A stretch of DNA of 64,000 nucleotides from Desulfotomaculaceae bacterium (GCA_041645005.1 JBAZQW010000001.1:26728-90727), one strand, 5' to 3'; shown: positions 52,557-62,618, numbered from the stretch's first letter. A program made the numbers and translations. The notes: generated by a model from the letters alone, not told the origin.

Positions 52557-54235
52557 CCCTGCATCCTAATGTTAAGAGCTTTCTCGACCTGGCCAACAAA
52601 CTCAGTGCGCTTGACTGGATAAGCCAGCGCCTCTTGGAATACTTTGACTGCGTTACTCTCAGAACGAGAAATAGCGGACCGGTCATTTATAATTCGTTTA
52701 AATGCATTCAAACCAGATTCGATATCGTAAAATACGATCCCTGCTTTTTCTAGTTCACCGTCGACCATCTTACCAAGCGGAAGAGCCTGTTGCTTTTCCC
52801 CGTTAGAATGGAAAACCATCGTCGGCACGCCAGCCGCCATTGATTCGGCAAAGCCGGTGCTGATCGTGTCCCAGAGCACCAGATCAACCTGATTGAAATA
52901 ATGAATCGGCTTATCATAAACAATCTTAACCAGGCCCCGCCCTAATTCTTCAGCAAGGACGTCCTTAATTGGATCTTTGGCAAAGGTACCAGGAAATGGC
53001 TTATAAAGAATCTGCGCGGACGGAAATAGCTTTAGTACTGCCCTTAACATCATCAACACCTTTAAACGATGCTGTCGATTCTTTTCCGGTGACGCTCCCT
53101 CAAGATCATCCATAAAATCCAACAAAGGGCCGGAAGGATACAAAATGGTAAAAACCGGTGGACTCACGGCCTTCCTTTCCCATTTTTTTATTTCGCCAAG
53201 ATAAGGACTGCCAAAATTAAATATTTTTAAATTGGCAAGAGGCGCGCCCTTGGCCAGCCAATCGCTATTCTTCACCCCCCACGAAAAAAAATAATCGAGA
53301 AAGACCAACTCATTGCTAAAACCACGATGGTCAACAATAAAATTTGTTATCCCATGCTCATAGCCGACCAAAATTGCTTTTTCTCTTTTTGCCAAAACGG
53401 CAAATATCTTGAGATTGTCATTGTATTGAAACCCGGTAAAAGAATGTAGTTGCCTGACCGGCCAGTCCTTGAGGAGCACCCGATAATAAGAAAATCTCGG
53501 CCGCAAACCCTCGACAAGACTAGTCGGCAAAATATGCTCGGCAAATTCCGCATATATCAGGGCCAGGAATTGTTTTTCTTGATCATGAAGTCCGGATAAT
53601 ATTCCATCAATTTCAATTAAAAATAATTCGGTCAATACGGCGCGAATCTGCCGCCGAGTAATCCGATCGACCTCTTTTACCCGGGGGTTAAAATCAAAGG
53701 CAAAAATATGCGAAGCGGGCATGAACATTCTCATCCAATTAGAATAATCACAAATATAAACTGGCTTCATTAATTTCATAAAAATATTGGACCGGAGGCC
53801 GAGTAAATATTTTTTCACGTTCCTAAGTTTAAGCAATATGAAACTCGATTGATCGATTTTGACCGTTATTGGCATTATGACGTCTTTGGCCCGCTCTTCC
53901 GCGCCAAATACTGAAGCGATCTGATTAAGCAACGTATAATTGACGGAAAAATCATAATAATAACTCTGAACTGCTTCGACCGTATTGTTATAATATTTGT
54001 TCTCCTTGGTAGCCGGCGGATAAATCTCTCGGTTCAAATATTGGCGCAACAGCCGCTCGACAAAAATATTGGTGGCTACATGCACCGGAAAACGGATGAC
54101 CAGCGCTAATTCATCGCGGGTTAAGCCGGAAAATACTTCGATTTTACTCTGGTGCAGCCGGTCGATCACTTGATCGATAAATTTATTCGTTTTTTCAACG
54201 ATCGCAGGCTGATCATATTTATCCGTCCAATCCAC
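52553..54235 (-). CDS. Uncharacterised 560-aa protein (U5), paralogue of 49429..51141
   Basis: Motifs RFPVHVATNIFVERLLR, KIFAVLAKREKAILVGYEHG, YKPFPGTFAKDPIK and VDLVLWDTISTGFAESMAAGVPTMVFH. GTG start at 54235. Confidence 0.4.
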   Translation of the reverse strand: MDWTDKYDQPAIVEKTNKFIDQVIDRLHQSKIEVFSGLTRDELALVIRFPVHVATNIFVERLLRQYLNREIYPPATKENKYYNNTVEAVQSYYYDFSVNYTLLNQIASVFGAEERAKDVIMPITVKIDQSSFILLKLRNVKKYLLGLRSNIFMKLMKPVYICDYSNWMRMFMPASHIFAFDFNPRVKEVDRITRRQIRAVLTELFLIEIDGILSGLHDQEKQFLALIYAEFAEHILPTSLVEGLRPRFSYYRVLLKDWPVRQLHSFTGFQYNDNLKIFAVLAKREKAILVGYEHGITNFIVDHRGFSNELVFLDYFFSWGVKNSDWLAKGAPLANLKIFNFGSPYLGEIKKWERKAVSPPVFTILYPSGPLLDFMDDLEGASPEKNRQHRLKVLMMLRAVLKLFPSAQILYKPFPGTFAKDPIKDVLAEELGRGLVKIVYDKPIHYFNQVDLVLWDTISTGFAESMAAGVPTMVFHSNGEKQQALPLGKMVDGELEKAGIVFYDIESGLNAFKRIINDRSAISRSESNAVKVFQEALAYPVKRTEFVGQVEKALNIRMQG

Positions 54236-55302
54236 TATCTGCCTCCGATCTGATAATCAAGGGTGAGCTGGTTTAGCTTGGTCGACAATTCTTTCTGCAT
54301 ATATTCTTTGTCAAAATATTTCACTCCCCGATAATATGTGACCGTTTCACCGCCAAACCCACGTTTAAAATTAGAAATGCTAACTTCTTTATCGCTCGGC
54401 AAATCGTTGAACTGCGGGCCAAATTGCTGAACGCCGATCTCATAGGTCTTGAAGCCCAGGTTCTTGAGATACTTGATCGTTTCCCACTGAATGACATGGG
54501 AAATAGGCACGTCATCTTTAAAATCAGGATCATCACTGGCCGAGGCGTAATAGGCAGCGCTTTTATAGATGCAAACATAAGAAAAGCCGACAAATCGTCC
54601 CTCGAAGCTCAGGCCACAAAGCAACCCTTCGCCATCTTTGATCCAGCGATACATCATTTCAAAAGTCTCAACCGGACGGGTCACCCGGCCCGCCGCTTTA
54701 TGATGCAATAACCGATATTGGTCAAAAATGGTTTTGTCCGCGTTATGGCGATCAATGAAATCCACTTTATAGTGTTTCGATCCGCGGTTAATATCGTACT
54801 TATGCCCTTTCCTGACCGCCGCCCAGATATCATCGATGGGCCGGTCAAGCTGAATCAATTCCGTATTAAGAGAATCATCAAGATAGCCGAGTTTGACCAG
54901 CCAGTTGAATTTCATCGTGGTCTTCGCCAGCGGACTGGAACGAAAATATATTTTTTTAATCGACCCCCCCCCGGCCAGCTCATCGATTTTTTCAAAAATG
55001 TATTTAATTACTTTTTCCCGCCGGCTACCGGACAGGCCATTGGCTAGCGCGGGAAGCGCCCCATATCGACCGCCACCTCTGGCGGCAAAAAGATCTTTTT
55101 CACAGAGCAGCGGACAGATGGCGATTAGGCCGGTGTCATCTTTAACAAGGAAAGAGAGGTTGTTCGTCCCAAAATTTTCCTGGCCGTAGACGACACAGTA
55201 ATCAAGCCATTTTATCGTATGCCAAAACCAAGCATCGTCTGATTGGCAACAAAAGTTGTCCCAGTCAGTCCGGTTGTTTTCAGTCAACGGCACTACTTGC
55301 AT
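54235..55302 (-). CDS. FemAB-family / GNAT-fold transferase
   Basis: 355 aa. It has the FemAB-like two-lobe layout (DIWAAVRKGHKYDINRG; FEGRFVGFSYVCIYKSAAYYASAS) and contains a G9 tract. Confidence 0.55.
   Translation of the reverse strand: MQVVPLTENNRTDWDNFCCQSDDAWFWHTIKWLDYCVVYGQENFGTNNLSFLVKDDTGLIAICPLLCEKDLFAARGGGRYGALPALANGLSGSRREKVIKYIFEKIDELAGGGSIKKIYFRSSPLAKTTMKFNWLVKLGYLDDSLNTELIQLDRPIDDIWAAVRKGHKYDINRGSKHYKVDFIDRHNADKTIFDQYRLLHHKAAGRVTRPVETFEMMYRWIKDGEGLLCGLSFEGRFVGFSYVCIYKSAAYYASASDDPDFKDDVPISHVIQWETIKYLKNLGFKTYEIGVQQFGPQFNDLPSDKEVSISNFKRGFGGETVTYYRGVKYFDKEYMQKELSTKLNQLTLDYQIGGR
54964..54972 (-). repeat. G9 homopolymer on the coding strand inside the FemAB-like gene (codons AGGGS)
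   Basis: Plus strand reads cga ccccccccc gg, with C at 54964..54972. This is the longest G/C run I found in the window. Confidence 0.9.
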
Positions 55303-56273
55303 TCCGGCCTCGATTTTAATTCAAAAAAAACACTGCCAATGGTGCGGACAGCCACGCCAGAGCTGAATTGGGGGGAATATTCCACGGTTTTACCATGATT
55401 AATGTCCAACCACCATTTAACATCATGAAAACCGAATCGATGCCGAAAAAATACCGTGCTGGAAATACGCGGATTTATCTCAAAAGGGAAAAAACCGGCC
55501 TTCGTCTTGCGCATCTGGACATTCATCGGCCCGACCAAACGACATAACCTGGCGAGCCTGGTCACTAGCCTGGTGATCCGCGGGTCCTCCGCCAATCGGG
55601 CGAATTTCGTCATGCTGCCATAACCAAGCTGACGTTTAAAGGCCATGGAAAGAACCTTTTTCCCATCGGAAAACACGGCAACCGTATATTCCTCGTCCTC
55701 CGTTCCAACCAACTCCTGAATGATCGATCTCGGATTTCTCCGGAGATAAAAATCCATCGCCGCCTGGTCCTCGACGCGGACCAAGCCTTTCCCGCCGCAA
55801 CTATGCCGATCTTTTAGCAACAAGGGAAATGATAAGTTGCCCCGATAATCTTCGGGCAGATAGGTCCGCGGCGCCTTAAAACCATGGGCCTTCAAATATT
55901 CGATGGTCAGGTATTTATCCAGGAATTTATCAATAATCTTCCTGTTCAACACCAGGACCTTAACACCTAATTTCTCAAAACGCCTCTTTTCCAGCGAGAA
56001 ATAATCGATCTCACCTTCAGTCAGCGGAATAATATGGCTAAGATTCAATTCTGCGATAGACCTTAAGATGAACTTTTCGTACCTTTGCCGGTCAGAGACA
56101 GAGGGAGCAGTTTTAAAGACATCCAGCAGGGCCCGCCCGGCCGCGTAGCGATCAAGATCGCAACCACAGAGTCGTTCCGCATACTCTGTTTCCAGCAAAC
56201 AGCCTGTCACCGATTGTCCAATATCACCACCAACCCCGGTCAATAATATTCGGCCCGCTTTATCTATTTTCAT
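55293..56273 (-). CDS. ATP-grasp ligase
   Basis: Motifs FPLLLKDRHSCGGKGLVRV, IIQELV and FFPFEINPRISS (E-x-N Mg site). Confidence 0.7.
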   Translation of the reverse strand: MKIDKAGRILLTGVGGDIGQSVTGCLLETEYAERLCGCDLDRYAAGRALLDVFKTAPSVSDRQRYEKFILRSIAELNLSHIIPLTEGEIDYFSLEKRRFEKLGVKVLVLNRKIIDKFLDKYLTIEYLKAHGFKAPRTYLPEDYRGNLSFPLLLKDRHSCGGKGLVRVEDQAAMDFYLRRNPRSIIQELVGTEDEEYTVAVFSDGKKVLSMAFKRQLGYGSMTKFARLAEDPRITRLVTRLARLCRLVGPMNVQMRKTKAGFFPFEINPRISSTVFFRHRFGFHDVKWWLDINHGKTVEYSPQFSSGVAVRTIGSVFFELKSRPECK

Positions 56274-56979
56274 CTTGCCCTTTCATCAACACTTGAGACA
56301 GATACGGCAATTCCGGGTCGTTTCGGCGCGCTTCCGCCGCGACCGCCCCAACGTCATATTGGGTCAGCCTGAATTCGACCGCCAATCCGGTCGTGTTTAG
56401 GATCGCCCAGCTCGCACCCGGCCGGCCGTCACGCGGCTGACCGACCGAACCAGGGTTCAAGAATGTTACGCCCTTGTTTTTTTTCAACAATGGATAATGG
56501 GTATGCCCCATGATCACCAGGTCATATTCCCCTTGAGCAACAGACCGATCAAAAACGTTTTCTGGCGCATCTGGATAAATATATTCGTCACGATCAAGCG
56601 GTGAACCGTGGCAAAGGATGATTTTTTTTCCCTCGATAACAAGTTCCCGCCGCCAGGGAAGAGCTTGCAACACGTTTATCTGCTCGTTGCTCAACTGTTC
56701 CGCCGCTTTCTTCAACGCCGATCCGTACTTGCTATTGTACTTAGCTCTTTGCCGGTCATCCCAAACCGAATGAGCCGCCAGCATCTCGTCATGATTCCCC
56801 TGGACCATTTCATAATCAAAATCGGACAAAACCACGAAAACCTCATCGGGATGATAATAATAACCAACCAGATCACCGGCAATAAGTAGCCGATCAATCC
56901 CCTCATTCCTGATCTCGTTCAACACCGCCTTCAAGGCCAGACTATTTCCGTGAATATCCCCCAGCACGGCAATTTTCAC
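56260..56979 (-). CDS. Calcineurin-like metallophosphoesterase (YfcE/MJ0936-like)
   Basis: Motifs VLGDIHGN, IAGDLV, GNHD, LCHGSP and MGHTH. GTG start (GTGA overlap). Confidence 0.8.
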   Translation of the reverse strand: MKIAVLGDIHGNSLALKAVLNEIRNEGIDRLLIAGDLVGYYYHPDEVFVVLSDFDYEMVQGNHDEMLAAHSVWDDRQRAKYNSKYGSALKKAAEQLSNEQINVLQALPWRRELVIEGKKIILCHGSPLDRDEYIYPDAPENVFDRSVAQGEYDLVIMGHTHYPLLKKNKGVTFLNPGSVGQPRDGRPGASWAILNTTGLAVEFRLTQYDVGAVAAEARRNDPELPYLSQVLMKGQDENR

Positions 56980-57818
56980 GCCATCCCCCCACTCTTGATT
57001 ATTTCTAAAACTTGCTTAAAACTTCGGCCAGCCAACAATTCGGACGACGGCTCAACAATCTGATCGCTCCCCGTCTCCCCCGGCAACCCGATCGGGCTTT
57101 GACCAGGCAAAAAAACGGCGCAAATTTCCTTCAGCATGTCGGCGATGGTTACCGGCACTGGGCCAGCCGCAAAATGTGTCCCGATAATTTTACGATCTAT
57201 CGCGTTAACAATCGTCGCGGCCAGATCATCGACATAAACATAATTACGCTTCGCTTTTCCATCTCCAACCAACGTCGGAAGGTTCCCGAGCATCGCCTGG
57301 TCGATCGCCCGGTTCAAAGCAAGATGCCCCGGCCCATTATGACCATAGATCCCAGAGATCCGGAGAATCAGGTGCTCAAGGCCGGCGGCCCGGACCAGCT
57401 CTTCCCCCAGCCATTTGCTACGGGCGTAGGCCGTATCTGGAGCGATCCCGGTCGCCTGGTTGATCAACGCCGTTCTCAATCCATGCACAGTTATTGACGA
57501 AGCGAAAACAAAATACGCCCCCGTCGCTTTTGCCCAACGAGCCAGTTCGGCCGTTGCCACAACATTGGGAACGAACAAATCGTCCATTATATTTTCAAAA
57601 TTAACCACCGCCGCCAAATGAACAATAACGTCGGCCTTTGGTAGGCGTGAAATTTTAGCGAAAAAATCGTTATCCGCCAGATCGACAACAAACTCCTCAT
57701 TTTCACCGGTTGCCACCCGATCAATCGATCTGACATGAAAGCCATGTTTCTTGAGCCGTCGGCTGACCGCTTTCCCGAGAAAACCAGCCGCGCCGGTCAC
57801 GACAACTGTTCTCTTCAT
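56976..57818 (-). CDS. NAD-dependent epimerase/dehydratase (SDR)
   Basis: Motifs VVVTGAAGFLGKAV and YARSK. Confidence 0.8.
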   Translation of the reverse strand: MKRTVVVTGAAGFLGKAVSRRLKKHGFHVRSIDRVATGENEEFVVDLADNDFFAKISRLPKADVIVHLAAVVNFENIMDDLFVPNVVATAELARWAKATGAYFVFASSITVHGLRTALINQATGIAPDTAYARSKWLGEELVRAAGLEHLILRISGIYGHNGPGHLALNRAIDQAMLGNLPTLVGDGKAKRNYVYVDDLAATIVNAIDRKIIGTHFAAGPVPVTIADMLKEICAVFLPGQSPIGLPGETGSDQIVEPSSELLAGRSFKQVLEIIKSGGMA

Positions 57819-57819
57819 T

Positions 57820-58869
57820 TCAGATCATGTCCTTCGTAATCCATTGATCCGCCTTAATATCTCTCCGGGCAACCCGACCAATAACCTTGCGCTCGTCTCT
57901 CGATTTAATCCCCAAACCCGGTCGTTTGACTGTCAACATTTCCGACGTTATCATCGTTCCGCTTTTTATATCATGAACAGCGTGCAAACTGCGACGAGCC
58001 AGGCGAAAATTTTCTCTTTCAGAATCAAGAACAACCTTTTTCCCGTCCCCAAGCAGTAACTCCGTATTCCTGAGATCGGCCACAAATGACCTTAGTTCAT
58101 CTGGCTCCAGAGAAAATGGGTGATCGGGACCGGTCTGTTTCTTATCCAAGGTGATATGCTTTTCGATCACACAAGCCCCCAGGGCGACCGCGGCAATCGA
58201 AGAGATCGGGGTTAAGGTGTGATCAGAAAAGCCAATCGGCAATTTGAACGTTTCTTTTAACGTATTGATTGCGCGTAAATTAATGTCCCGGTAAACGGCC
58301 GGATACTGGCTAACACAATGAAGCAGAATAATATCCCGGCTACCCGACCTCCTTAAAACAGTCAACGCTTCCCTAATCAATTTTAAGTCGCTATTGCCGG
58401 TCGAGATAATGACTGGTTTGCCAGTCTGACCGATCGCTTTGAGCAATCGGAAATCATCCGTCTCATAGCTGGCAATCTTGAAGAAAGGAACATTCAAGCG
58501 ATCCAGTTCTTTGACCGCCGCCAGGTCAAAAGGCGATGAGGCAAACAAGACGGCCCGTTCGCGACATCTCCGCCTAAGAACCTTATGCCATTCTCTCGGC
58601 ATTTCCAGTCTTTTTATCAGCTCGTATGGCCCTTCGCCCGCTCTTGAGCGGCCCTCCATTTCGGAAAGCCGCGGAGTGAATTTTGAATAAAGCGTGTCAG
58701 CACTGTAAGTCTGAAATTTGACCGCATCGACCCCAGCCTCAGCCGCAAGATCGATCATCCGCAACGCCGTCTTCAAATCTCGATTATGGTTAGAGCCTAT
58801 TTCGGCAATGATCAAAACCGGTTCGCCCTGGCCGACCAATCGGCCCCCGATCTTAACTTTATTTTTCAT
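57820..58869 (-). CDS. Nonulosonic acid synthase, PseI/SpsE-like NeuB-family member with SAF domain
   Basis: Motifs PVLIIAEIGSNHN, DAVKFQTY, GFSDHT and KRPGLGI. Confidence 0.85.
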   Translation of the reverse strand: MKNKVKIGGRLVGQGEPVLIIAEIGSNHNRDLKTALRMIDLAAEAGVDAVKFQTYSADTLYSKFTPRLSEMEGRSRAGEGPYELIKRLEMPREWHKVLRRRCRERAVLFASSPFDLAAVKELDRLNVPFFKIASYETDDFRLLKAIGQTGKPVIISTGNSDLKLIREALTVLRRSGSRDIILLHCVSQYPAVYRDINLRAINTLKETFKLPIGFSDHTLTPISSIAAVALGACVIEKHITLDKKQTGPDHPFSLEPDELRSFVADLRNTELLLGDGKKVVLDSERENFRLARRSLHAVHDIKSGTMITSEMLTVKRPGLGIKSRDERKVIGRVARRDIKADQWITKDMI

Positions 58870-59648
58870 CTCACTCCCGCTCCCCTAAGTAATTTTCTTA
58901 ATATCACGGAATTCTTCTTGAACGCTTCTAGCGTTTTGTATGACCGCTCCGGTATCTCCAGAGTAATTTTAGCGGACCGTCTTTTTTGAACCATGATCAT
59001 GAACAGCCTCTTAAGGTCGATATTCCCATCCCCGAGCGCCAGATGCTGATCAAAACAACCAGTCGTATTGGCGTCACAAATATGGATGATCCCGGGCTTT
59101 AAGGCTAAATAACGCTCGGCATATTCCAGGTAATCCTGACCAAGAGCGAAAGCCGCTTTGACCGCGTGCGCGACATCAAAGCAAAAACCGACCCCCGCCA
59201 CCCGCTGGATCTCTCTGATCTCCGCCGGCGTGCTGCCGACCCCCTTGGTCTCGAGCAGGGAAATAAACGGCATATTCTCAACCAACAGCCGATCGTCCTT
59301 CAGCGCTTTAAGCTGTTTCGCCGTTTCCCGGCAATCTCCCTTTAAGCCGGGGTGAATGATAATTTCCCGCGCCTTTAATTTATCGGCAAAGGCAACCGCC
59401 TCGGCAAGCAACTGATGATTACCTTTTCGTCGATCTTTGTCAGCCAGATTAAGCCCGTACATTTCATGTGGCGCGTGGATCACGTACGGGACATTTAGCC
59501 CCAGCCAATTTGAAATTGTTCCCCGAAAACTGCCCGGCACAGCGAAAAGCTCGACGTAATCACAATCACCACGAGCGAAAAGCTCGCCAGCCGTTTTAAT
59601 CGCGGAAATATTCCTTGAAAACAATTTTAAGCCAACCTGATATCTCAT
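58866..59648 (-). CDS. Xylose-isomerase-like TIM-barrel protein (sugar-phosphate isomerase/epimerase family)
   Basis: 260 aa. Motifs IIHPG, LVENMPF and FDVAHA...ICDAN...HLALGDGNID. Confidence 0.6.
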   Translation of the reverse strand: MRYQVGLKLFSRNISAIKTAGELFARGDCDYVELFAVPGSFRGTISNWLGLNVPYVIHAPHEMYGLNLADKDRRKGNHQLLAEAVAFADKLKAREIIIHPGLKGDCRETAKQLKALKDDRLLVENMPFISLLETKGVGSTPAEIREIQRVAGVGFCFDVAHAVKAAFALGQDYLEYAERYLALKPGIIHICDANTTGCFDQHLALGDGNIDLKRLFMIMVQKRRSAKITLEIPERSYKTLEAFKKNSVILRKLLRGAGVR

Positions 59649-59649
59649 T

Positions 59650-60537
59650 TTATTTATTTTTGACCGGCATGAAAAACCCAGAGATCTCTCGTCCTAGCCC
59701 AAGCTCGCTTAGCGCGCGGTAATAATTATTGGTCTTATCTACCGAGATGGAGTGCATCAGATTCTCGACCGCCACTCTTTCCTTATGGCATGACTTGCCT
59801 TTTGTCTTATCCCTAACATAATTCGTGTTCTCATTCATCAACCTTAGATCGATGGGATAATCAGAAATCATATCGACAGTTTTCCAGCCGCTCCGCAGGC
59901 AAATATTCCTGAGACCTTCATTATTGAAATAATGAAGATGATCGGGTAAGCAAACCCAAAACTCATCGTCAATATAGCCGTTACGAAGCAGAAACGTCTG
60001 GAGGCTGGAAAAATCATTTGGCACTTCGATAACGCACACTCCCTGGTCCGAGATAATTGATCGACAATCCTTAAGCAATTTATAAGGATCAAGCACATGC
60101 TCAAGAACATTATCAAGCCAGATCACGTCATATCTGTTCTCCTTGGCTATTATCGCGGATAGATTTTCATAGATATCACCGACAATCAGGTCATCGGCAC
60201 ATTCCGGATTGTTTTTTTTACATCCATATTCGCTGTAATCCAGGCCAACAACCTGCCACCCTTTACTCTTAAAGAATTTGAGTGCCCAACCCTCGCCGCA
60301 CCCAACATCGAGAAAAGTTTTCTTATTACCGCCCAAATGTTCTTTTATTACCTGATATCTTTGTTCGATCTTATTTTGGAAATATTCGACCTCGGCCCTA
60401 GAATAAACGCTTTCATAAGACCCTTTATTTTCCTGAAAATAATTTTCCTTATAATAGTCTGTTAACTTTTCTTTTGAGGGCATATCGATCGCGCTGAAGA
60501 AGCCGTATTCGTTTTTCCGAACCTTATCGGTCATCAT
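59650..60537 (-). CDS. Class I SAM-dependent methyltransferase
   Basis: Motifs FLDVGCGEGWALKFF and VIWLDNVLEHVLDP. Confidence 0.8.
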   Translation of the reverse strand: MMTDKVRKNEYGFFSAIDMPSKEKLTDYYKENYFQENKGSYESVYSRAEVEYFQNKIEQRYQVIKEHLGGNKKTFLDVGCGEGWALKFFKSKGWQVVGLDYSEYGCKKNNPECADDLIVGDIYENLSAIIAKENRYDVIWLDNVLEHVLDPYKLLKDCRSIISDQGVCVIEVPNDFSSLQTFLLRNGYIDDEFWVCLPDHLHYFNNEGLRNICLRSGWKTVDMISDYPIDLRLMNENTNYVRDKTKGKSCHKERVAVENLMHSISVDKTNNYYRALSELGLGREISGFFMPVKNK

Positions 60538-61844
60538 TCCAACCTCCTAAATCCGGCGTGGCAAACCGGGCCTTTAAGACAAGCTTCAACCCGCTTATCT
60601 TTTACCGCTTGGGCAATAAAAGCAAAAGATTCATCCGCCGCTTTAAAATAACCGGCGACATGTTCTGGTTTGTGGGCATAAGACGAATAAAAGGCGTTGC
60701 AAGCGAGATACCCCTTATCCAGCATTACCTGGGTGAATAGGGTTTTGAGCGCCAGGTGATTGTCGTAATCAAAGGAAAAATGGCCGAGCGGCGCGATGCC
60801 GGATACCGTTACCTTGAGGCCGTGCTTCTGCGCTTTTTCGGCCCAGCCGGCCTGGACTTCTTTACCGGTCTTGACCAGATGTTCCGGGACATTCTTCTCT
60901 TTCATCTTCTTTATCGTGGCGATTGCCGCGGTCGGCCCGACCCGCTCCGTCCAATAAGTACTGCTGATAAAAGTCTCCTGGGCGGCGGACATCGCGTCGC
61001 CCGTACCGATCACCGCTCCGATCGGAAAACCATTCCCCAACGCCTTGCCAAAGACCGCCAGGTCAGGCTTAAGACCGTATAACAGATGAGCCCCACCAAG
61101 ATTTAAGCGCCAGCCGGAGCTGACCTCGTCGCAGATCATGACCACACCGGCTTGTTTAGTCGCCTGCCTGATCTCATCAAGAAAGCCGTCTTTTGGCTCG
61201 TAATTTCTGATCGTTTCCACCACGACCGCGGCGATCTTACCCTTATGTTTCTCCATCAACGACCGAAAACCTTTGATATCATTGTAAATAAACGGCTTAG
61301 CGGTCCCGATGAGACCGCGCGGAACACCTTTAGGAGAAAGCCCAGCTATCAAATGACCGTCCAGCGCTTGGTCATCGGCTAAATTGGCGGAAAGATACCA
61401 GTCATGCCAGCCATGATAGCCGCAAAAAAGAATGAGGTCTTTTCCTGTCCTGGCCCTGGCGATCCGAACGGCAACAGCCAACGCTTCTCCGCCGGTTCTC
61501 ACGTACCTGACCATTCCTGCCCAGGGGTGCAGATCGCACAAAAGCTCGGCCAGTTCGACCTCTTCGGGACAGTTCAACGTCGTCATCGAACCTTTGTCGA
61601 CCGCCTGTTTGACCGCTTTGTTCACGTCTGGGTCGGCATAGCCAAGAACGCAGGCACCGATACCCATATAGCTCATATCAATATATTTATTACCGTCCAG
61701 GTCCCAGACCTCGCACCCTGCGGCCCGCTCATAATAAGCCGGCCAGCGGTCTGGGAGGAACATTTCCGGCCGCTTGGACAGAAGCTGGGTCCCGCCCGGA
61801 ATGATCTGCTTGGCTTTTTTATATAGATCTTGTGATTTTCCCAT
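60534..61844 (-). CDS. Class III aminotransferase (glutamate-1-semialdehyde aminomutase-like)
   Basis: Motifs IIPGGTQLLSKRP, DEVSSGWRL and FGKALGNGFPIGAV. Confidence 0.8.
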   Translation of the reverse strand: MGKSQDLYKKAKQIIPGGTQLLSKRPEMFLPDRWPAYYERAAGCEVWDLDGNKYIDMSYMGIGACVLGYADPDVNKAVKQAVDKGSMTTLNCPEEVELAELLCDLHPWAGMVRYVRTGGEALAVAVRIARARTGKDLILFCGYHGWHDWYLSANLADDQALDGHLIAGLSPKGVPRGLIGTAKPFIYNDIKGFRSLMEKHKGKIAAVVVETIRNYEPKDGFLDEIRQATKQAGVVMICDEVSSGWRLNLGGAHLLYGLKPDLAVFGKALGNGFPIGAVIGTGDAMSAAQETFISSTYWTERVGPTAAIATIKKMKEKNVPEHLVKTGKEVQAGWAEKAQKHGLKVTVSGIAPLGHFSFDYDNHLALKTLFTQVMLDKGYLACNAFYSSYAHKPEHVAGYFKAADESFAFIAQAVKDKRVEACLKGPVCHAGFRRLE

Positions 61845-61847
61845 AAT

Positions 61848-62618
61848 TTATTTTCTCTCCTTCACAATCTTGTCTTCGCGCAAAGATTTTTGATAACCTT
61901 CATTTCTGGTTATATGGGAATTTATCTGCTCAAGCTCCGGATATTTCGCCAAATATTCAAGAATATCATCCATAGAAAATAAATTGTTTTTTTGATAAAG
62001 CGCGCTGTAGATCTTGCCGACAAATTCCAGGTCTTCCTGATTATCCAATGTCCAACGCTTCTCCTTAAGGTTCGTCTTATATTCAACTCCCGCCAGCTTA
62101 AAAAACGCCGGATTCTTCCTGATATAAGCGGTCACATGTTCGCGTTCCGAAGAAAGTTTCGCCTCTATCCAGGCTTTTTCTAAAGCCGCGGCGCTGAAGA
62201 CTTCGACATCTTCTCCATCCGGAAAAGTTTCATTGATGGTATTCGAAGTGTAATCAGCTCGATCCTTGATATGCTTGCGCAAAACCGTTTCGATCACCTG
62301 TGGGTCCATGAGCGGGCAATCGGCCGTTATCCTGATCACCGTTTTGGCCTTGAACAACTTTGCCGCTTGATAATACCTGTCCAACACATCATCTTCGGAC
62401 CCGCAATAAACGCTTATCCCCTGCTCCGCGCAAAGCTTAATGATCGGCAGATCGCCTTTCGATACGGTGGTGGCGACTACCACCTCGTTGACCAGGCGGC
62501 AGGCCTGGACCCTTCGAATCACGTGCTCCAACACTGTTTTATCTGCAATCTTTATCAGTGCCTTACCCGGCAATCTGGTCGAACCCATTCGCGCTTGAAT
62601 TATGGCGACTATTTTCAT
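61848..62618 (-). CDS. SpsF/PseF-like cytidylyltransferase
   Basis: Motifs MKIVAIIQARMGSTRLPGKALIKI and RITADCPLMDP. Confidence 0.8.
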   Translation of the reverse strand: MKIVAIIQARMGSTRLPGKALIKIADKTVLEHVIRRVQACRLVNEVVVATTVSKGDLPIIKLCAEQGISVYCGSEDDVLDRYYQAAKLFKAKTVIRITADCPLMDPQVIETVLRKHIKDRADYTSNTINETFPDGEDVEVFSAAALEKAWIEAKLSSEREHVTAYIRKNPAFFKLAGVEYKTNLKEKRWTLDNQEDLEFVGKIYSALYQKNNLFSMDDILEYLAKYPELEQINSHITRNEGYQKSLREDKIVKERK

